From positions 91,535,145 through 91,599,144 of the forward strand of contig NC_057718.1 in the NCBI RefSeq assembly GCF_004010195.1: a stretch of 64,000 nucleotides of DNA, read 5' to 3'. A program made the position numbers and the translations under genes. Source of the DNA: Chiloscyllium plagiosum (Eukaryota). Below, piece after piece: positions 1 to 13,253 of this stretch (position 1 is the first letter of the stretch; each line of letters starts with the position of its first letter). The notes under the pieces were generated by a model, which did not search any database, was not told the DNA's origin, and was given only the letters and a program-made list of their open reading frames with translations.

Positions 1-1925
1 CAAATGTAAATAACAGAAGAGCAGTAAGAAGAGGTTTGAACAATTAGAAACCAAAAAAATAGAATTATTGTGGAAAGGGCATTCCTGAGAAACTAGTTAA
101 ATACCAAGAAAGAAGATACTGTCCGAGTCATGGTGAAAGAAAAGGTTGGTTAGATACAGGATGGACTAAAAATTGATAAAGAGAATGCAATGAACTGTAT
201 TAAAGTAGATAAGACACAGGCGCATGTGCGTGATTCTTTGGTTACTTGAGTCAGTTGGAAATTATGAAGGTACTGGTCATCAGATTTGGAAATGGTGCCA
301 GAACATGAGAGAGTTGTAAATGTTACACCTTGGTTAAAAAAAAAGTCGAGAATGTAGTGCTGGAAATACAAAACAGGTCAGGAAGCACCTGAGAAGCAGG
401 CAAATCGACGTTTCGGCCATAAGCCCTTCATTCGTATTTCTGCTGCCTGAAACGGCAATTCTCCTGCTCCTTCGATGCTGCCCGACCTGCTGTGCTTTTC
501 CAGCACTACATTCTCGACTCTGATCTCTCGCATCTGCAGTCCTCACTTTCTCCAAAATAAAAAGAGGCAAGGATAAACCCAACAACTGCAGACCAGTCAG
601 ATTAACCTTTGCAAAGGGAATGCCTTTAAAAATGATAACTTGGGACTTGGCTAAATTAGATTAATTAAGTAAAGGTAGCACAAATATCTTAAAGCCCACT
701 CGTGTCTAACTAAGTGGAGATTTTAGATAAGGTGACAGACAGCATTCAACAGGATAATGCAGCTGATATGGTGTATAGGGAATTTAAAAAAAAAACGATT
801 TGATAAAGATTTTACTTATTCATTCAAGTGATATGGTGCCACTGGCTTGGCCAGCATTTATTGACCATCGCTGGTTGCCCCCGAGAAGGTGATGGGGAGT
901 TGCTTTCTTGAACCACTGCAGGTAATCTTGTGCAGGTAGCCCCCTTCATGCTATTAGGAAGGGAGTTCTAAGATTTTAACATCTCGTCAGCAAATTGAAA
1001 GCCCATGAAAAACGGCAGAATGCATACAAAATTGGCTCAAGTACACGAACAAAAGAGTAGTGGTGAATTTGTTTTCCAGACTCGTGGAAATGTTGGAGTT
1101 CTTCAGGGCCCAGTTGGGACCAATGCTTTACAATGATATATATTAATTTATTTGGCTTGTGTGTACAAGACACAATTCAAATCTGCATATGACTCAAAAC
1201 TTTGAAGTGTCGGGAAGTAAAGATGCTGAAAATAAGGCTTCAAGAGGACACAGACACAGTGAACCAACTACAAATGACTTATAATGGAGAGAAGCACTAA
1301 GTGATACATTTGGAACAGAAAGATCTGTGCACAAATTGTTGAAGGTGACAGGACAGATCCAATTCTGGACACTACACTTTAGGAAAAACGTGAATGCCTT
1401 AGACAGGGTGTAGAAAGGATTTACTACAATGTTTCCAGGGAAGAGGATCATCAGTTACATGAATGTATTGGAGAAGTTGGGGTTGTTCTCCTAATGGCAG
1501 GGAAGGTCGAATGGAGTTTTGAAGGAGGCAGTCAAAATCATGAGACAGAATAAATAGAAAGAACTTTTGGCAGAAAGGTTTAAAACTAGAACACCCTAAT
1601 GTGAGATGATTGGCAAAAGAACTGAAGAACACTTAAGACATAAATCATTTCTACACAGGAATTTATCATGACCTACAATGTACTGCTTATGCATTTAACT
1701 ATATTAAAGGTGCTATATAGATGAGTTGTTGCTGTTGAAATCAGGTGCAATCAGAAAGTTTTGTTTTTAAAAGAGAATTAGATAATTGCTTGAAAGGGGA
1801 AAAAACATTGGAAGATACAGGGTAAAGGGTGAAAGTGTGGAATTGGCTAGCTTCCTTTTACAGTGAGCTGGTACAGTCTTGATGGGCTGATTGGCATCAT
1901 TCTGTGCTGTAATCATTCTTTAATT
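1..1925 (+). mobile_element. Degraded CR1 LINE ORF2/3' end, interrupted by a PLE-derived fold-back (346-553) and an L2-type tail (811-975)
   Basis: CR1-like RT-region remnants (gcagaccagtcag, gatatggtgtat, gggtgtagaaaggatttac) and a CR1-type 3' end (gatgggctgattggcatcattctgtgctgt); many stops; boundaries approximate. Confidence 0.75.
346..553. mobile_element. PLE-terminus-derived fold-back (inverted arms) with degenerate hammerhead motifs
   Basis: gtcgagaatgtagtgctggaaa ... ttccagcactacattctcgac are inverted arms; the minus strand reads tgaagggcttatggccgaaacgtcga. Confidence 0.7.
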
Positions 1926-2160
1926 CTAACTTCCTTAATTTATATTATTTTCACTATTTGAATAGGCCTCCTCTGATTTTCCATGTTTTCATATCATGAA
2001 ACATGCTTCGACACAGAATGTGAGGAGTAACCAGGTCTTAGGCCACTGCGTTTTCCATTTATGCTCTAATCTCCACAAGAAATTGACAGGAGCCGACTCC
2101 TTTGAGGGACATTTCCCCCCTCTTCCCATTTTTCAAGTCTGACTTACACCAGTAACTCAC

Positions 2161-2208
2161 CATTTGCCAAACTGCTGGTGGCCATTAACATTCCGCTGCT
2201 CTGAGGTC
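2161..2208 (-). CDS. Candidate 48-nt phase 1-1 exon of RALGAPA2 C-terminal extension, (G)PQSSGMLMATSSLAN(G)
   Basis: Minus strand ttttagttacacag|GACCTCAG...GCAAATG|gtgagt; open in the frame left by the 30135 donor (phase 1); no homology recognised. Confidence 0.3.
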
Positions 2209-3423
2209 CTGTGTAACTAAAAGCCCCTAACCTCTGATGACTCTGGAATGGCACTTGTGCAGGATAAATGTTGTGATTACACATACAAGATAGACACCAT
2301 AAAAGAGGCAGCAACTGACAACTACTCCAGACCAAGATAAAATATCATAATTCCCAAATATATTTTCTGGCTGGGTATGTCCTGATCAGAAAGTTGCATT
2401 TTTGTATGGAAGGATTAATTAACTACTTGACTGCCAGAATTTTCATGATCAAGCACCTCTGAAGATGCCACTGAAAATTTCTCCAGTTTGGTCTCATGTT
2501 ACCCAAAGTTTCAGTGCTCTTTTATTGACCCTGAAGTGTTACTGCTGATGTCAGTGTTGTGAGGTTTTTGCAGTATATTTGAAATATATTTAACTATAAT
2601 CCCTGTGATAAAAACACAAAACTACAAAGTGGCCCGAGATGTGCAGCCTTGTGTTGTAGTGTATGCTTCACACCTTGAGATTCTCATGTTGCTGCCTGGT
2701 TGCTAGGTACCTTGCTCATGAAAATAGAACACAGAACCCCTACCCTCTCAAATGAATTTTGTTAAGTTTCAAACTGTCTTGTTCAGAGTAAAGCAGTGGA
2801 AATATGTTGTGCTTGGGTGGGGTGGGGGCGGTGGGGAGAGGGGGGTGGAATAATTACAGCTTGAAGGAAAGAAAATAATTACACTTGATACAAAATTTCA
2901 GCAATTCCATTAGCATTCTTAAGTATACAGCACTTGTTAAGTTGTATTGCAGTTAAATATAAAATTAGACAGACCATTTAAAAGCGAATCTTGAAGACAA
3001 CATCATTTAAATACAGAAACATGGTTTTTTTAGTGCCCAACTCAATTTGAAGTAATTTTAAAAAACAAAATATACCCGGGCATAGTCAGTATAGAGTTGT
3101 GGATAATTTGGTGAGCGGCAGTATCTATCACATCTTCACAGGAAGCCTTCCCATCTTAAGGATAGTAAATAATGTGCAATCTGAGCATAAAAAATGATTG
3201 CTGGGGTTGATGTGGTGAGGGTTGGTAGGGTCACATGTTCCTTATATCTTGAAGGAATGCGCCTTTTGGTGGAAGCCAGAAAAATGCACATGTAAGCAAC
3301 ACAGCACCTTAATACCTGCTTTGGGCAGCTCCAAGAGATGCCAGGAAATGGTCCTATATTCAAATGTCCTTTTGTCTCAAAGCATCCTTTTTACACTTCT
3401 AAAATGGGTGGAAAGTGATCCGA

Positions 3424-3646
3424 AAACAGAAATTGCAGGCAAGATCAGCAGGTCTGGCAGCATCTGTGCAGAGAAATCAGAGTTAATGTTGTGGGTTGAG
3501 TGCCCCTTCATCAGAGTTCTGAAGAGAACCTTCTGAGGAAGGGTCACTTGATCTGAAACATTAACTGATTTCTCTTCACAGATGCTGCCAGACCTGCTGA
3601 GCTTTTCCAACAATTTCTGTTTTTGTTTCTGAGTTACAGCAACTGC
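3424..3646. mobile_element. Palindromic PLE-terminus-derived element with hammerhead-like cores on both strands
   Basis: Arms aaacagaaattg..cagcaggtctggcagcatctgtg and cacagatgctgccagacctgctg..caatttctgttt; plus strand ctgaggaagggtcacttgatctgaaac, minus strand ctgatgaaggggcactc. Confidence 0.7.
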
Positions 3647-5344
3647 AGATTATTTGGTTTTTTTGGAATATGATCCAATCTCTATCCATTGTTCTTCCCC
3701 AAATAGTCTGCTTTATGATATTACTGAATATTGAGAACCTGTCAGTTAAGACAAAACCAGTTGGATAATTTTCCTTTTGATTTCCCTTTCCCATCTCTTC
3801 TGAAATAACTCATTTTTGTTTGGAGTATAATCTTACAAGTGCCTACAAGTCCTTCAGTGCCCAGCCATAACTGTTGTGATATTGAACCTTGACAATAAAT
3901 GTTTCAGGACCAAGACTTGGTTATCTTCCTTTGTGACCACCCAAAACAGTATATCAAGGAAATCAGTACAAAATAATGAGGAGCATGAACCCTAGCTAGT
4001 TTTTCACCTACCAAGCTTTAACACACTGAAAGCAGCTAAAGTGTTACAGCTCCCTTAGTTCAAAGCAGGTAAGGATGACAGAAATTAAGAATTGAATGTA
4101 TAATGTAAAGCATCCATCTGCATGGTCCAGTGTCATGTCTCATTAACGCAATGAGCCACCAGGGATGCATTCAATCTAATTTCAATTAATGAACATGCAT
4201 TAAGAATTTGTGAATCAAGTAAGGAAGATTCAATAGAATAACTGTAGTTTCTTGATGATATTTTTGTTATAGCGATGGTCAGTGTTTAAAAAATAAGGAC
4301 AGAAATGCCATACCATTTACAATGTTTGTTTCCCGAATTGAAACCCAAATATCACAAACTGAAATTGTTACAAAGTAAAATTGTTAAAGATCAGGTCCAT
4401 TAGAGCTAAACTATTGAATGATCACAGGGTTTTGAGATTTGAATGTGCTGATAGATTTGAAGTTCAGCTTTGCCCTTTTCATTCAAGTTTGTTTTGGATT
4501 GCTAATAAAATGTCTTCAATACGATGCCCGCCTCTGATGAAATTACTTTCATTCTTTTTCGGGGGGAGGCGGGGGGGGGGGGTTGGGGGGGGGGGGGGTT
4601 GGGAGTTGAGTTCTGACACAGGAAGAACAAAGGAGAGCTTGGCAGGAGACACTGAACTGATTAAGTTCAAGAATTTATAAAACTCGATTGATCTTAATGA
4701 CATGGCTTCATTTTAATGAATATTTTTTAGAGTTATGCCTGTCACCCAGACAGCTTGGCGACCTGGCCATTGAACAAGCGTCAGAATTTAGTGCCAAGAA
4801 GCCGCAGTCGAAGAACCCATGGTAATGACACATAGCTTTCGATGAATGGAGGGTGTTCCCTCAATCTCAGATATTCTGTTGAAATAAAATTGTGGAAGTA
4901 CTGGTGAATGGCAGAGAAATGCAAAGACTGGAGGATTTCCAGAAGATCGTTAAGTTTTGGGGTTTAAGGTCCAAAGATTCAAAAGGTGAGAACCTCCTGG
5001 CTTACTTTACGAAAATACATGAGGCTCCTCTGGCCAGTTAAGATCCTTCTATCATGACAGGCCATAAGTAGCACAGAACACCTCCATACATGTATGTTGA
5101 ATTAAACTGCAGTACTGATGATATTGTTACATTACAGTTTTGAATTTTAAGTAGGTCTTACACAAGTCCTGAACTTGCACTTGAGATTTTAATTATATGT
5201 CTAAACCTGTCAGGTGGGATTGGGATAAGAGGTTAAAACTAAATCCATTATTCCAATATTTTGTAACTGTATCCTGTGTGTCATTTAATTTTCTCAGGGA
5301 TCAAACTGATACAAGGGTTTTTGCAAATCCGAGCGCTTTACAAT

Positions 5345-5745
5345 ATTTTACAGGACTTCGAATGTACATGGTACATGGTCTCATTATCTCCTAATTTATT
5401 CTCTGTCCCACTGCATAGCTACTGTTAGGGGCCTACAGTCTATTCCAAACAGCATCTCCTTACTTTTCTTAATTTCTTAGCCCACCCATATGAATTCTAC
5501 ATCATCTGATCTAAGGTAATTTCTTGCTTTCATACTTATTCCATCCTATACCAACAATGCTACTCCATCATCCTTTCTTTTCTGCCTGTCCTTTTGAAAT
5601 GTCAAGCATTCCTGAACATTTAGTTTCCAGCTTTCATCTCCTTGTAACTCTATCTCTGTAATGGTTAAAAGATCATATCCATTAACCTGCATTTGTGTGG
5701 TTTATTCATTTATTTTGTTCCGAGTGCGACATGCATTCAAGAAGT
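5345..5745 (-). mobile_element. CR1 endonuclease-region fragment
   Basis: Reverse complement resembles the CR1 EN region (tgtaggcccccta, YRPP-like); degraded. Confidence 0.55.
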
Positions 5746-5749
5746 AGCA

Positions 5750-8700
5750 GCAGTATCAACTCTTGTGTTAACAACTAGGCAGAATACCTGGAGAACAGAG
5801 ATGCAGGTCAGGTGAGGCAGAGCTAAATTCATTGGAACTAGTTGAAATTGATTCTTGCTCGACGATAGTGAAAGTAGCTGGCTGGTTAAGTGATTCACTG
5901 GTCAATGATTAAGGACTGTTTGAATCTTAAATTTTAACATAATATACAAATTGGTGGTAAAGTTAATTAAGTTATAAAAGGCAACACAAATAATAGAATT
6001 AAATAATTAAAACTCATGAAGGATGGCAGTTTGTGATGTCTCAAGGCTGCAGCATGTGGGAGCTCCCAGATACCATTTCAATCGAGGGCAAACATGTCTG
6101 CAGTAAGTTTTTGAAGATGAAGCAGCTTTGGCTCAGAGTTAGGAAATGAAGATGAATTACGCACAGTGTGATACATTGTGGAGGGGGCATATTACCTGGA
6201 TTTTTATTACACCAGGAGGCATTCTGACCATTTAGAATAGGGTCTTCTGGTTTTGTCCATGGTCAGGAACAGGAATGTCAGTGGGGCAGGTCAGGGGACC
6301 CAGTGGTCAGGAGAGATGAGAGTGGTGGCAGTAGGGTACATAAGCAAACTGACTATGTTGATTGTACTGTGGTATAGCAATCCATTCAAGTGAGGGAAGC
6401 AACAAGGAATGTAACAGTGGTCAGTAATAGTCTTGTGAGGGGGACTGACACCAATCTCTGCAGGAAAGAGCAAGACTCCAGGCAGCTGTGTTGCATATCT
6501 TATGCCAGGGTTTGGAACATCTGTTGAAAATGAACTGACAGTAGGTGGGGAAGGGCCCAGTGATCCTGGTCTACATGGGTGACAATAACATAAGGAGAAC
6601 CAGTAAAGAGGTTCTGCATAGAACTGAGGAGAAGCTAAGCACTAAATTGAAAAGTAAAATCTCAAAGTTTATTATCATTATGTTATTATCTGAGCAGTGC
6701 ACAAATTAGCATGGGGTATATTAAACTACAGAGATGAAGTAACAGTTCAAACTGGTGTAGGAGAAGGGGATTCTGGACTGCAGGCCAGTGGCATCAATAC
6801 TGGGGAAAGTGGAGATGTACCATTGAGATGGTCTACACCTGAACCATGCTGGGGCGAGTATTCTTATGAACTGTATATCTAATGAAATGCAGAGATTTTT
6901 AAACCAAACAGTGGGGGGTATGGGATGAAATGTGCAAAGATATCATATCAATGAATACAGACAAGGTAAGAAAGGGAAACAGTCATATTGGAAATGAGGA
7001 TCTGAGAATGGCAATAAGGGGGAGAAAAAAGATAGAAATATACCAACAATCAAGATTATATTCTACAAAGATAACAAAAATAAACCCAAAGGCTCTGTAC
7101 CTGAATGTCTATCGCATTCATAACAAAGTAAACAAACTGAGTGCGCACACTGAAGCAAGTGATTTCAATTGGATAGTCATTACGGAGACATGGCTTCAAG
7201 ATTACAAGAATTGGGTCCTGAATATTGAGATGTACATGCTTATTTGTCCAAATATTAAGAAGTAAAATAGATTTGTGTGGAGATGGGAAATAATAGAGGA
7301 TTAGAAATCACTAGTGGGAGTTGTCTATAGGTCCCTCCAATAGTAATCAAAGTGGGACAAAGTATTTGTATACTACTACTTCTTTTAATTATTTTCTTGT
7401 AAATATAGTTGCTTGTGATAAAGGTATGGCAATAATTATAAGTGACCTGAATCTGCATATAAACTGGAAAAATCACATTAGCAAGAGTAGTCTGGATGAG
7501 GAGTTCATAAAATAATTTTGAGATAGTTGCTAAGAGCAGCATGTTTTATTAGTCTTGGTATTGTGTAATGTGACAGGATTAATTAATGATCTGAGTGTGT
7601 AGGTACCTTTAAACAGCAGCAGTCACAATATAATTGAATTTTACATTTTGAGCTGCTGAAGCTTTGAGTCTAAGATCAGTGTTTTAAACTTAAATAAGGG
7701 CAACCATGTGGGTATGAAAACTGAACTAGCTAAAATAAACTGGCATATTCGGCTTGGGAACACATCACTAGAGACTCAGTGGCAAAAATATCTTCAGTTT
7801 ATTTTTATTCACTTATGGGACTGGCCAGCATTTATTGCCTGTACTTTGTAGTGATTGGTACAACTGAGTGACTTGCCCTCTTGACTTCAGAGGGCAGATG
7901 AGAGCCAACCACATTGCTGTGGGTCTGGAATCACATGTAGGCCAGACCAGGTGAGGGCAGCAGACTTCCTTTCTTGAAGGACATTAGTGAGCCAGATGGG
8001 TTTTATAGCAATCGACAATGGTTTCATGGTCACCAGTAGATGCTTAATTCCAGATATTTTTTATTGAATTCAAATCAACCATTTGTTGTGGTTTGAACAC
8101 AGATCCCCAGAACATCAGCTGAATTTCTTGATTAATAGTCTATTCTTGATTTCTTGATAATAGTATTAGACCATCACCTCCCCTACATTTAAGGGGATAT
8201 TCCAGAATACTCCAAATTAGTATATCTTTAATATAAAGAAAAATTTCTAAAGGGAGGAACCCAAATTCTTGGTTAGCTGAAGAATCTGGGAAAGCATGAA
8301 ATATAGGGAAAATGCAAAAAAATGAGTGGCAGGTCAAATGATTGGTCAGAATATAAAAAACAGAAGAAAATAACCAAAATTGTTAATTAGGAGGAAGGAA
8401 TTAGTGTATGACAGGAAACTCGCAATGTGAAAATGGATAGCACAAGTTTCTAAAGTATTTAAAAAGAAAAAAAAAAGTAAATTGACTGTTCATCCTCTAG
8501 AGATTGAGAATAGGGAGCAAACAGTAGGCAATATGAAAACAGTAGATGAAATGAACAAACCTTTGGTTTTGTTTTCAATACAGAGGATACAGACAGCATT
8601 CCAGTATTAACTGTACAATAATGAGGGAAGTGATATGAAGGAAACTGATGCAACTGTGGACTGACAATTCTCCGGGTCAAGATGGACTACATCCTGGTGT

Positions 8701-9985
8701 CTTAAAAAAGGTTCCAATAAGGTAACAGACACATTGGTGCTACTTTCCCAAAATTCCCTAGATTCAGGAAAGGTTCCATCAGCAGAAAATATAACCCCTC
8801 TATTCAAGAAGGAAGGATGCAGAAAATATGAAATTACCAGGCCAGTTAGCTTGATGTCTATCAACATTCAAGATAATTGGGAAGCATGGTTTTGTCAAAG
8901 AGAAATAATTTTTCACCAATTTATTGTTGAAGGAGTATTTAAGCTATGGTGAAAGGACAGCCTTTAGACTTGGATTTCCAGAAGACATTCAATAAGAAAA
9001 TAAAAGCTTATGAGGGTAACATTAGCATGTACAAAAGATTGGTATGCTGGCAGAAAACAGCAAGTATGCATAAATGCTTTTTTTGTTTGATTGGTGTGAC
9101 TTGGAGTCCCATAGGAATCTATGTTGGGGCATCACCTTTCTACCATTTATATTAATAATTTAGATGAGGAAAGCTAAGACATGGAAACTATATTTACAAA
9201 CAACACAAAAGTCGGCGAAGGAGGAGACTTTGGACAGGCAGGTTGAGTGAATCGGCAAAACAACTGGTAGGTGGAGCACAAGGTCTATAAATACGAGTTG
9301 TTTACTTAGTCAGGAAAACCAAAAGGCATAGTATTACTTAAATGGAGAACGACTTCAGAATTCCAAGGGGCAGAGGGATTTAGGTTTTCTGGTGTGTGAA
9401 TCATAAATGTTCTTTTGCAGGTACAGCATATAATCAAGAAGGCTAATGGAATGTTATCCTTTATAATGACAGAAATTCAGCATAAAAGTCACCATGTTCA
9501 GCTTCAGTTATACAGAGCATTGGTGAGACCACATCTCAAACATTATGTACAGTTTTGGTCTTCACATTTAAGGAAGGATGTAAATGCTTAATAGGCATTT
9601 CAGAAGAAATTTATTGGATTGGTGGGCTTGAATGGGTTGACTTATGAGTTGGACAGGTTGGGCTCATTTCCACTGGACTTTCGAAGAATGGAGGGTGACT
9701 TGATGGAAGTGCACAAGATCCTGAATGATCTTGATAAAGTGGACATGGAAAGGATGATTCCCTTTGTGGTCAGTCCAGAACTAGGGGGCATTGTTTAAAG
9801 ATTAGAGGTTGCCCTTTCAGACAGAGATGAGGAGAAATCTGAGGGTAATGTGACTATGAAACTCTCTGCCTCAGAAATCAGTGGAAGCAGGGTTTTTAAA
9901 ACAGATGTTTAGGCAAGAAAATCAAGGATTATTGGGGCTGGTTAGGAATGGCAAAACGTTAACAGATTACCCACAGTCCAAATGA
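5750..9985 (+). mobile_element. Near full-length, heavily degraded CR1 LINE
   Basis: ORF pieces ALYLNV..IVITETWLQ, SDLNLHINW, SLDSGKVP..RPVSLMS, LDFQKTF; ORF1 esterase-like remnants at ~6400-6850. Confidence 0.85.
7797..8185 (-). mobile_element. Deu-domain SINE (SacSINE1-like) inserted in the CR1
   Basis: Minus-strand tRNA-like head ggggaggtgatggtctaat, central ctggctcactaatgtccttcaagaaaggaagtctgctg, L2-type tail aataaatgctggccagt. Confidence 0.7.
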
Positions 9986-9989
9986 AATA

Positions 9990-11790
9990 TAGGAACACAA
10001 AAATGTAGCAAACAGGAGCAGAAGTAGGCCATTTGGCTTTTTGAGCTTGTTCTGCCATTAAGTATGATCGTAGTTGACCATCCAATCAATTATCATGTTC
10101 CTGCTCTCTCCCCATACACTTTAATTCCCTGAGTCCCAAGAACTATACCTAACACCTTGTTGTAGAAGTGTCGGTGTTGGACTGGGCTGGACAAAGTTGG
10201 ACTGGGGAGGACAAAGGAGCAGTGCGTTGAAAACTTATACTTTCATATAAACTTGTTGTACTATAACCTGATGTCATGTCATTTTTAACTAACTCCTTGT
10301 TGGAAACATTCCATGTTTTGGCCTCCATCGCTCTCTGAGATAGAAAATTCAACAGGCTTACCATTGTTTGAGTGATGAAATTTCTCATCTCAATCCTTAA
10401 ATAGATGACCCCATGTTCTTACATTGTGACCGCTGCTTCTGGTCTCTGTGGTCATTGGGAATATCCTTCCTGCATTTAGCCCATCTAGTCCTGATAGCAT
10501 TTTACAGGTTTCTTTGAGATCCCCACCCATTCTTCTGAACTCCAATGAATCTTCTCCTGATTTAATGTCTCTTCATACATCAAAGTCATTCCAGGATTCC
10601 TGCCTCAAAAAGATGACAAGAACTGCAGACAATATTTCAGGTGTGAAGGCCTTGTACAATTGCAGCAAGTTACCTTTTATCCTGCACTTGAATCCATTTG
10701 CCTTCTTCACTGCCTGCTGCATCTGCATGTTTGCTTTCAGCGACTGGTGTACAAGGATACCTTGGTTTCATTGCACCTTATCCTTTACAAATCGATTGCA
10801 GTTCAGATATTCTGCCTTCTTAGTTTACCCAAGTGAATAAATGCACATTTACCTAAACTGTACTTCAACTGCCCACTCAGCTTGTTCATATTACACTGAA
10901 CTATTTTTGCAAACACCTTCCAGCTCAAGCTCACCCTCCCACCCTGCTTTATGTTATCCGTAAGCTTGAAGATATTATATTTAGTTCCCTTTAAAAATCA
11001 TTAATATATTGTGAACATCTGGGGTCCTAGCACTGATACGTGTGACACCCTACTAATCACTGGCTGCAACTTGGAAAAAGACTTGTTTATTCCTACATTT
11101 TGCTTGCGTTTAATTTTACATACTAATCTCTTATGTGGGACTTTACTGAAAGCCTTTTGAAAGTCCAAATAAACTCCATCCAGTGGATCTCCAGTTGTCA
11201 AATCTATAAGTTACAACTGCAAAGATTTCCAGTAGATTTGTTGAGCATGTTTTCCCTTTCTTAAATCTATGCTGACTTAGACTGATCCTGTCACCATTTT
11301 TGAAGCGAATATAGAATAGAATCCCTACAGTGTAGAAACAGGTCCTTTGGCCCAACAAGTCCACACTAACCCATCAAAGAGTGGCCCATTCAGATTCATT
11401 CCTTCGACTCATGCACCTAACCGATACATCCCTGAACACAGAGATAATTTAGCATGGCCAATTCACCTACCTGCACATCTTTGGATTGTGGAAAGAAACT
11501 GAAGCACTCAGCGGAAACCCTAGCAGACTTGGGGAGAATGTGCAAACTCCACACAGACAGTCATCTGAGGCTGGAATTGAACCCGGGTCCTTGGTGCTGT
11601 GAGGCAGCAGTGCTAACCACAGAGTCACCGTGCCGCCCCGAACTGCCCCTGTTATGAAATCTTTTGTAATGGACTGTAGAGCTTTTCCCACTACCGATGT
11701 TAGGCTAACTAGTCTTTAGCTCCCTGTTTTCTCTCAACCTCCTTTTTAAAACTGTGGGCTACTTTCAATCCAAAGGAACTGTACAAGAGT
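9990..11790 (-). mobile_element. Degraded CR1 LINE RT/3' end, interrupted by an HE1-like SINE and a short PLE-type repeat (~10160-10290)
   Basis: ORF track: DGVYLDFQKAFSKVPH, SQHRFKKGKTCSTNLLE, MRNFITQTMVSLLNFL. Confidence 0.85.
11309..11639 (-). mobile_element. HE1-like V-SINE
   Basis: Minus-strand head ggggcggcacggtgactctgtggttagcactgctgcctcacag, V-domain gtgtggagtttgcacattctcccc, CR1-type tail with (attct)n. Confidence 0.9.
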
Positions 11791-11799
11791 CTAAAGAAC

Positions 11800-13185
11800 A
11801 GAATCTATTCAATGGCAGGGTAGGCTTGAGGGGTTGAATGGTCTACTTTAATTTCTATTTTGTATATCTGTACATTCTTAGAAGTTTGTTTTTTGTTTAA
11901 AAGCAAGGGACTTTTCAGGGGAAATGTCAAATACGAGAAAGCATAGGTTTAAGGAGAGAGGGGGAAAGTTTAAAGGAGATGGCGGTTCAGTTGAGCTTAT
12001 TGGGCATGGAATAAAGAAGGCAATTTATGCAGTGTGGTGAATGGCAGGACAGTCCTTGGATCATTGCCAAGGCTCCGTTACGTGAAAATACATGATGCTC
12101 ATTCCAAGGTCCCATCATTTGTCTGGAGCGGGTTGCTAGAGGTAGTGGTGGAAGCAAGTAAAATTTTCTCATTTAAGAAACAATTAGATAGATACGTGGA
12201 TGGGATAGATATGGAGGGGCAAGGGTCAAACGCAGGCAAATAGGACTTGTTTAACTGTGAAAACTGGACGGCATGAGCAAGTTCAGCCAAAGGGCCTATT
12301 TCCATGTTGTAGACCTCTATGACTCTGTGTAAAATAACTTGCCTTGCACAGAGTCATAGAGGGTGGTAATTGCCTGGAATGCGCTACCCTGTGAGATGGT
12401 ATAGAAGCAGATATGATAGCAACATTTAAGAGGCATTTAGACAGACACAAAGTACAGGCAGGGAATTGAGGCATACGGACCAAGTGCAGGAAGATGGGAT
12501 TAGATTAGAATGACCTCATGGTCGGCACAGATGTAGTGGGCTGAAAGGCCTAGTCCTGTCCTGTACTGTTCTCTGTTCTATGAACTGAGATGGTTAGGAC
12601 TTTTGAGATTTAAGGAACTGGGCATTACTGAGTGGGGCCTTGCTGTGGAAGTGATTGCTTGGATGTTCCAGTTATAGGAAAGATATTATTTAGCTGGAGA
12701 TGGTTCAGAAGTGATTAACCAGGATGTTGCTGGGAATGGAAAGTTTAAGTTATAAAGAAAGGCTGGATAGGCTGGGACTTTTTTCACTGGAGCGTAGAAA
12801 GTGGAGGGGCGACCTTATAGAAGTTTACAAAATAATGAAGGGTACAGATAGAGTTAATGGTAGTTGTCTTTTCCCTAGGATGGGGGAATTTCAATATGAG
12901 GGAGCACATTTTTAAGGTGAGAGGAGAAAACTTTTAAAAAACCATGATATGTGAGCTTTTTTACACAGAGTGGTTTGTGTGTGGAATCAACTTCCTGAGA
13001 AAGTGGGGGATGTGGGTACAATTACAATGTTTAAAAGACCTTTACATAAGTTGAACACATGAATAGGAAAGGTTTGGAAGGATATGGGTCAGGTGCAGGC
13101 AGGTGAGATTAGTTTAGTTTGGAATCACATTCGGCAAGGACTGATTGGACTGAAGGTCTGTTTCTCCTGTATCACTCTGTAACCC
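11800..13185 (+). mobile_element. Cluster of several 5'-truncated CR1 3' ends
   Basis: Successive CR1 tails (ctctatgactct, gttctctgttctatg, cactctgt) and ORF SYKERLDRLGLFSLERRKWRGDLIEVYKIM. Confidence 0.8.
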
Positions 13186-13253
13186 GATGAATGAAAGAAT
13201 GTTTGAGGGAGATCAGAAGATTTAATTTGGCAGAGCTGGGACAGGAAGCTTTA

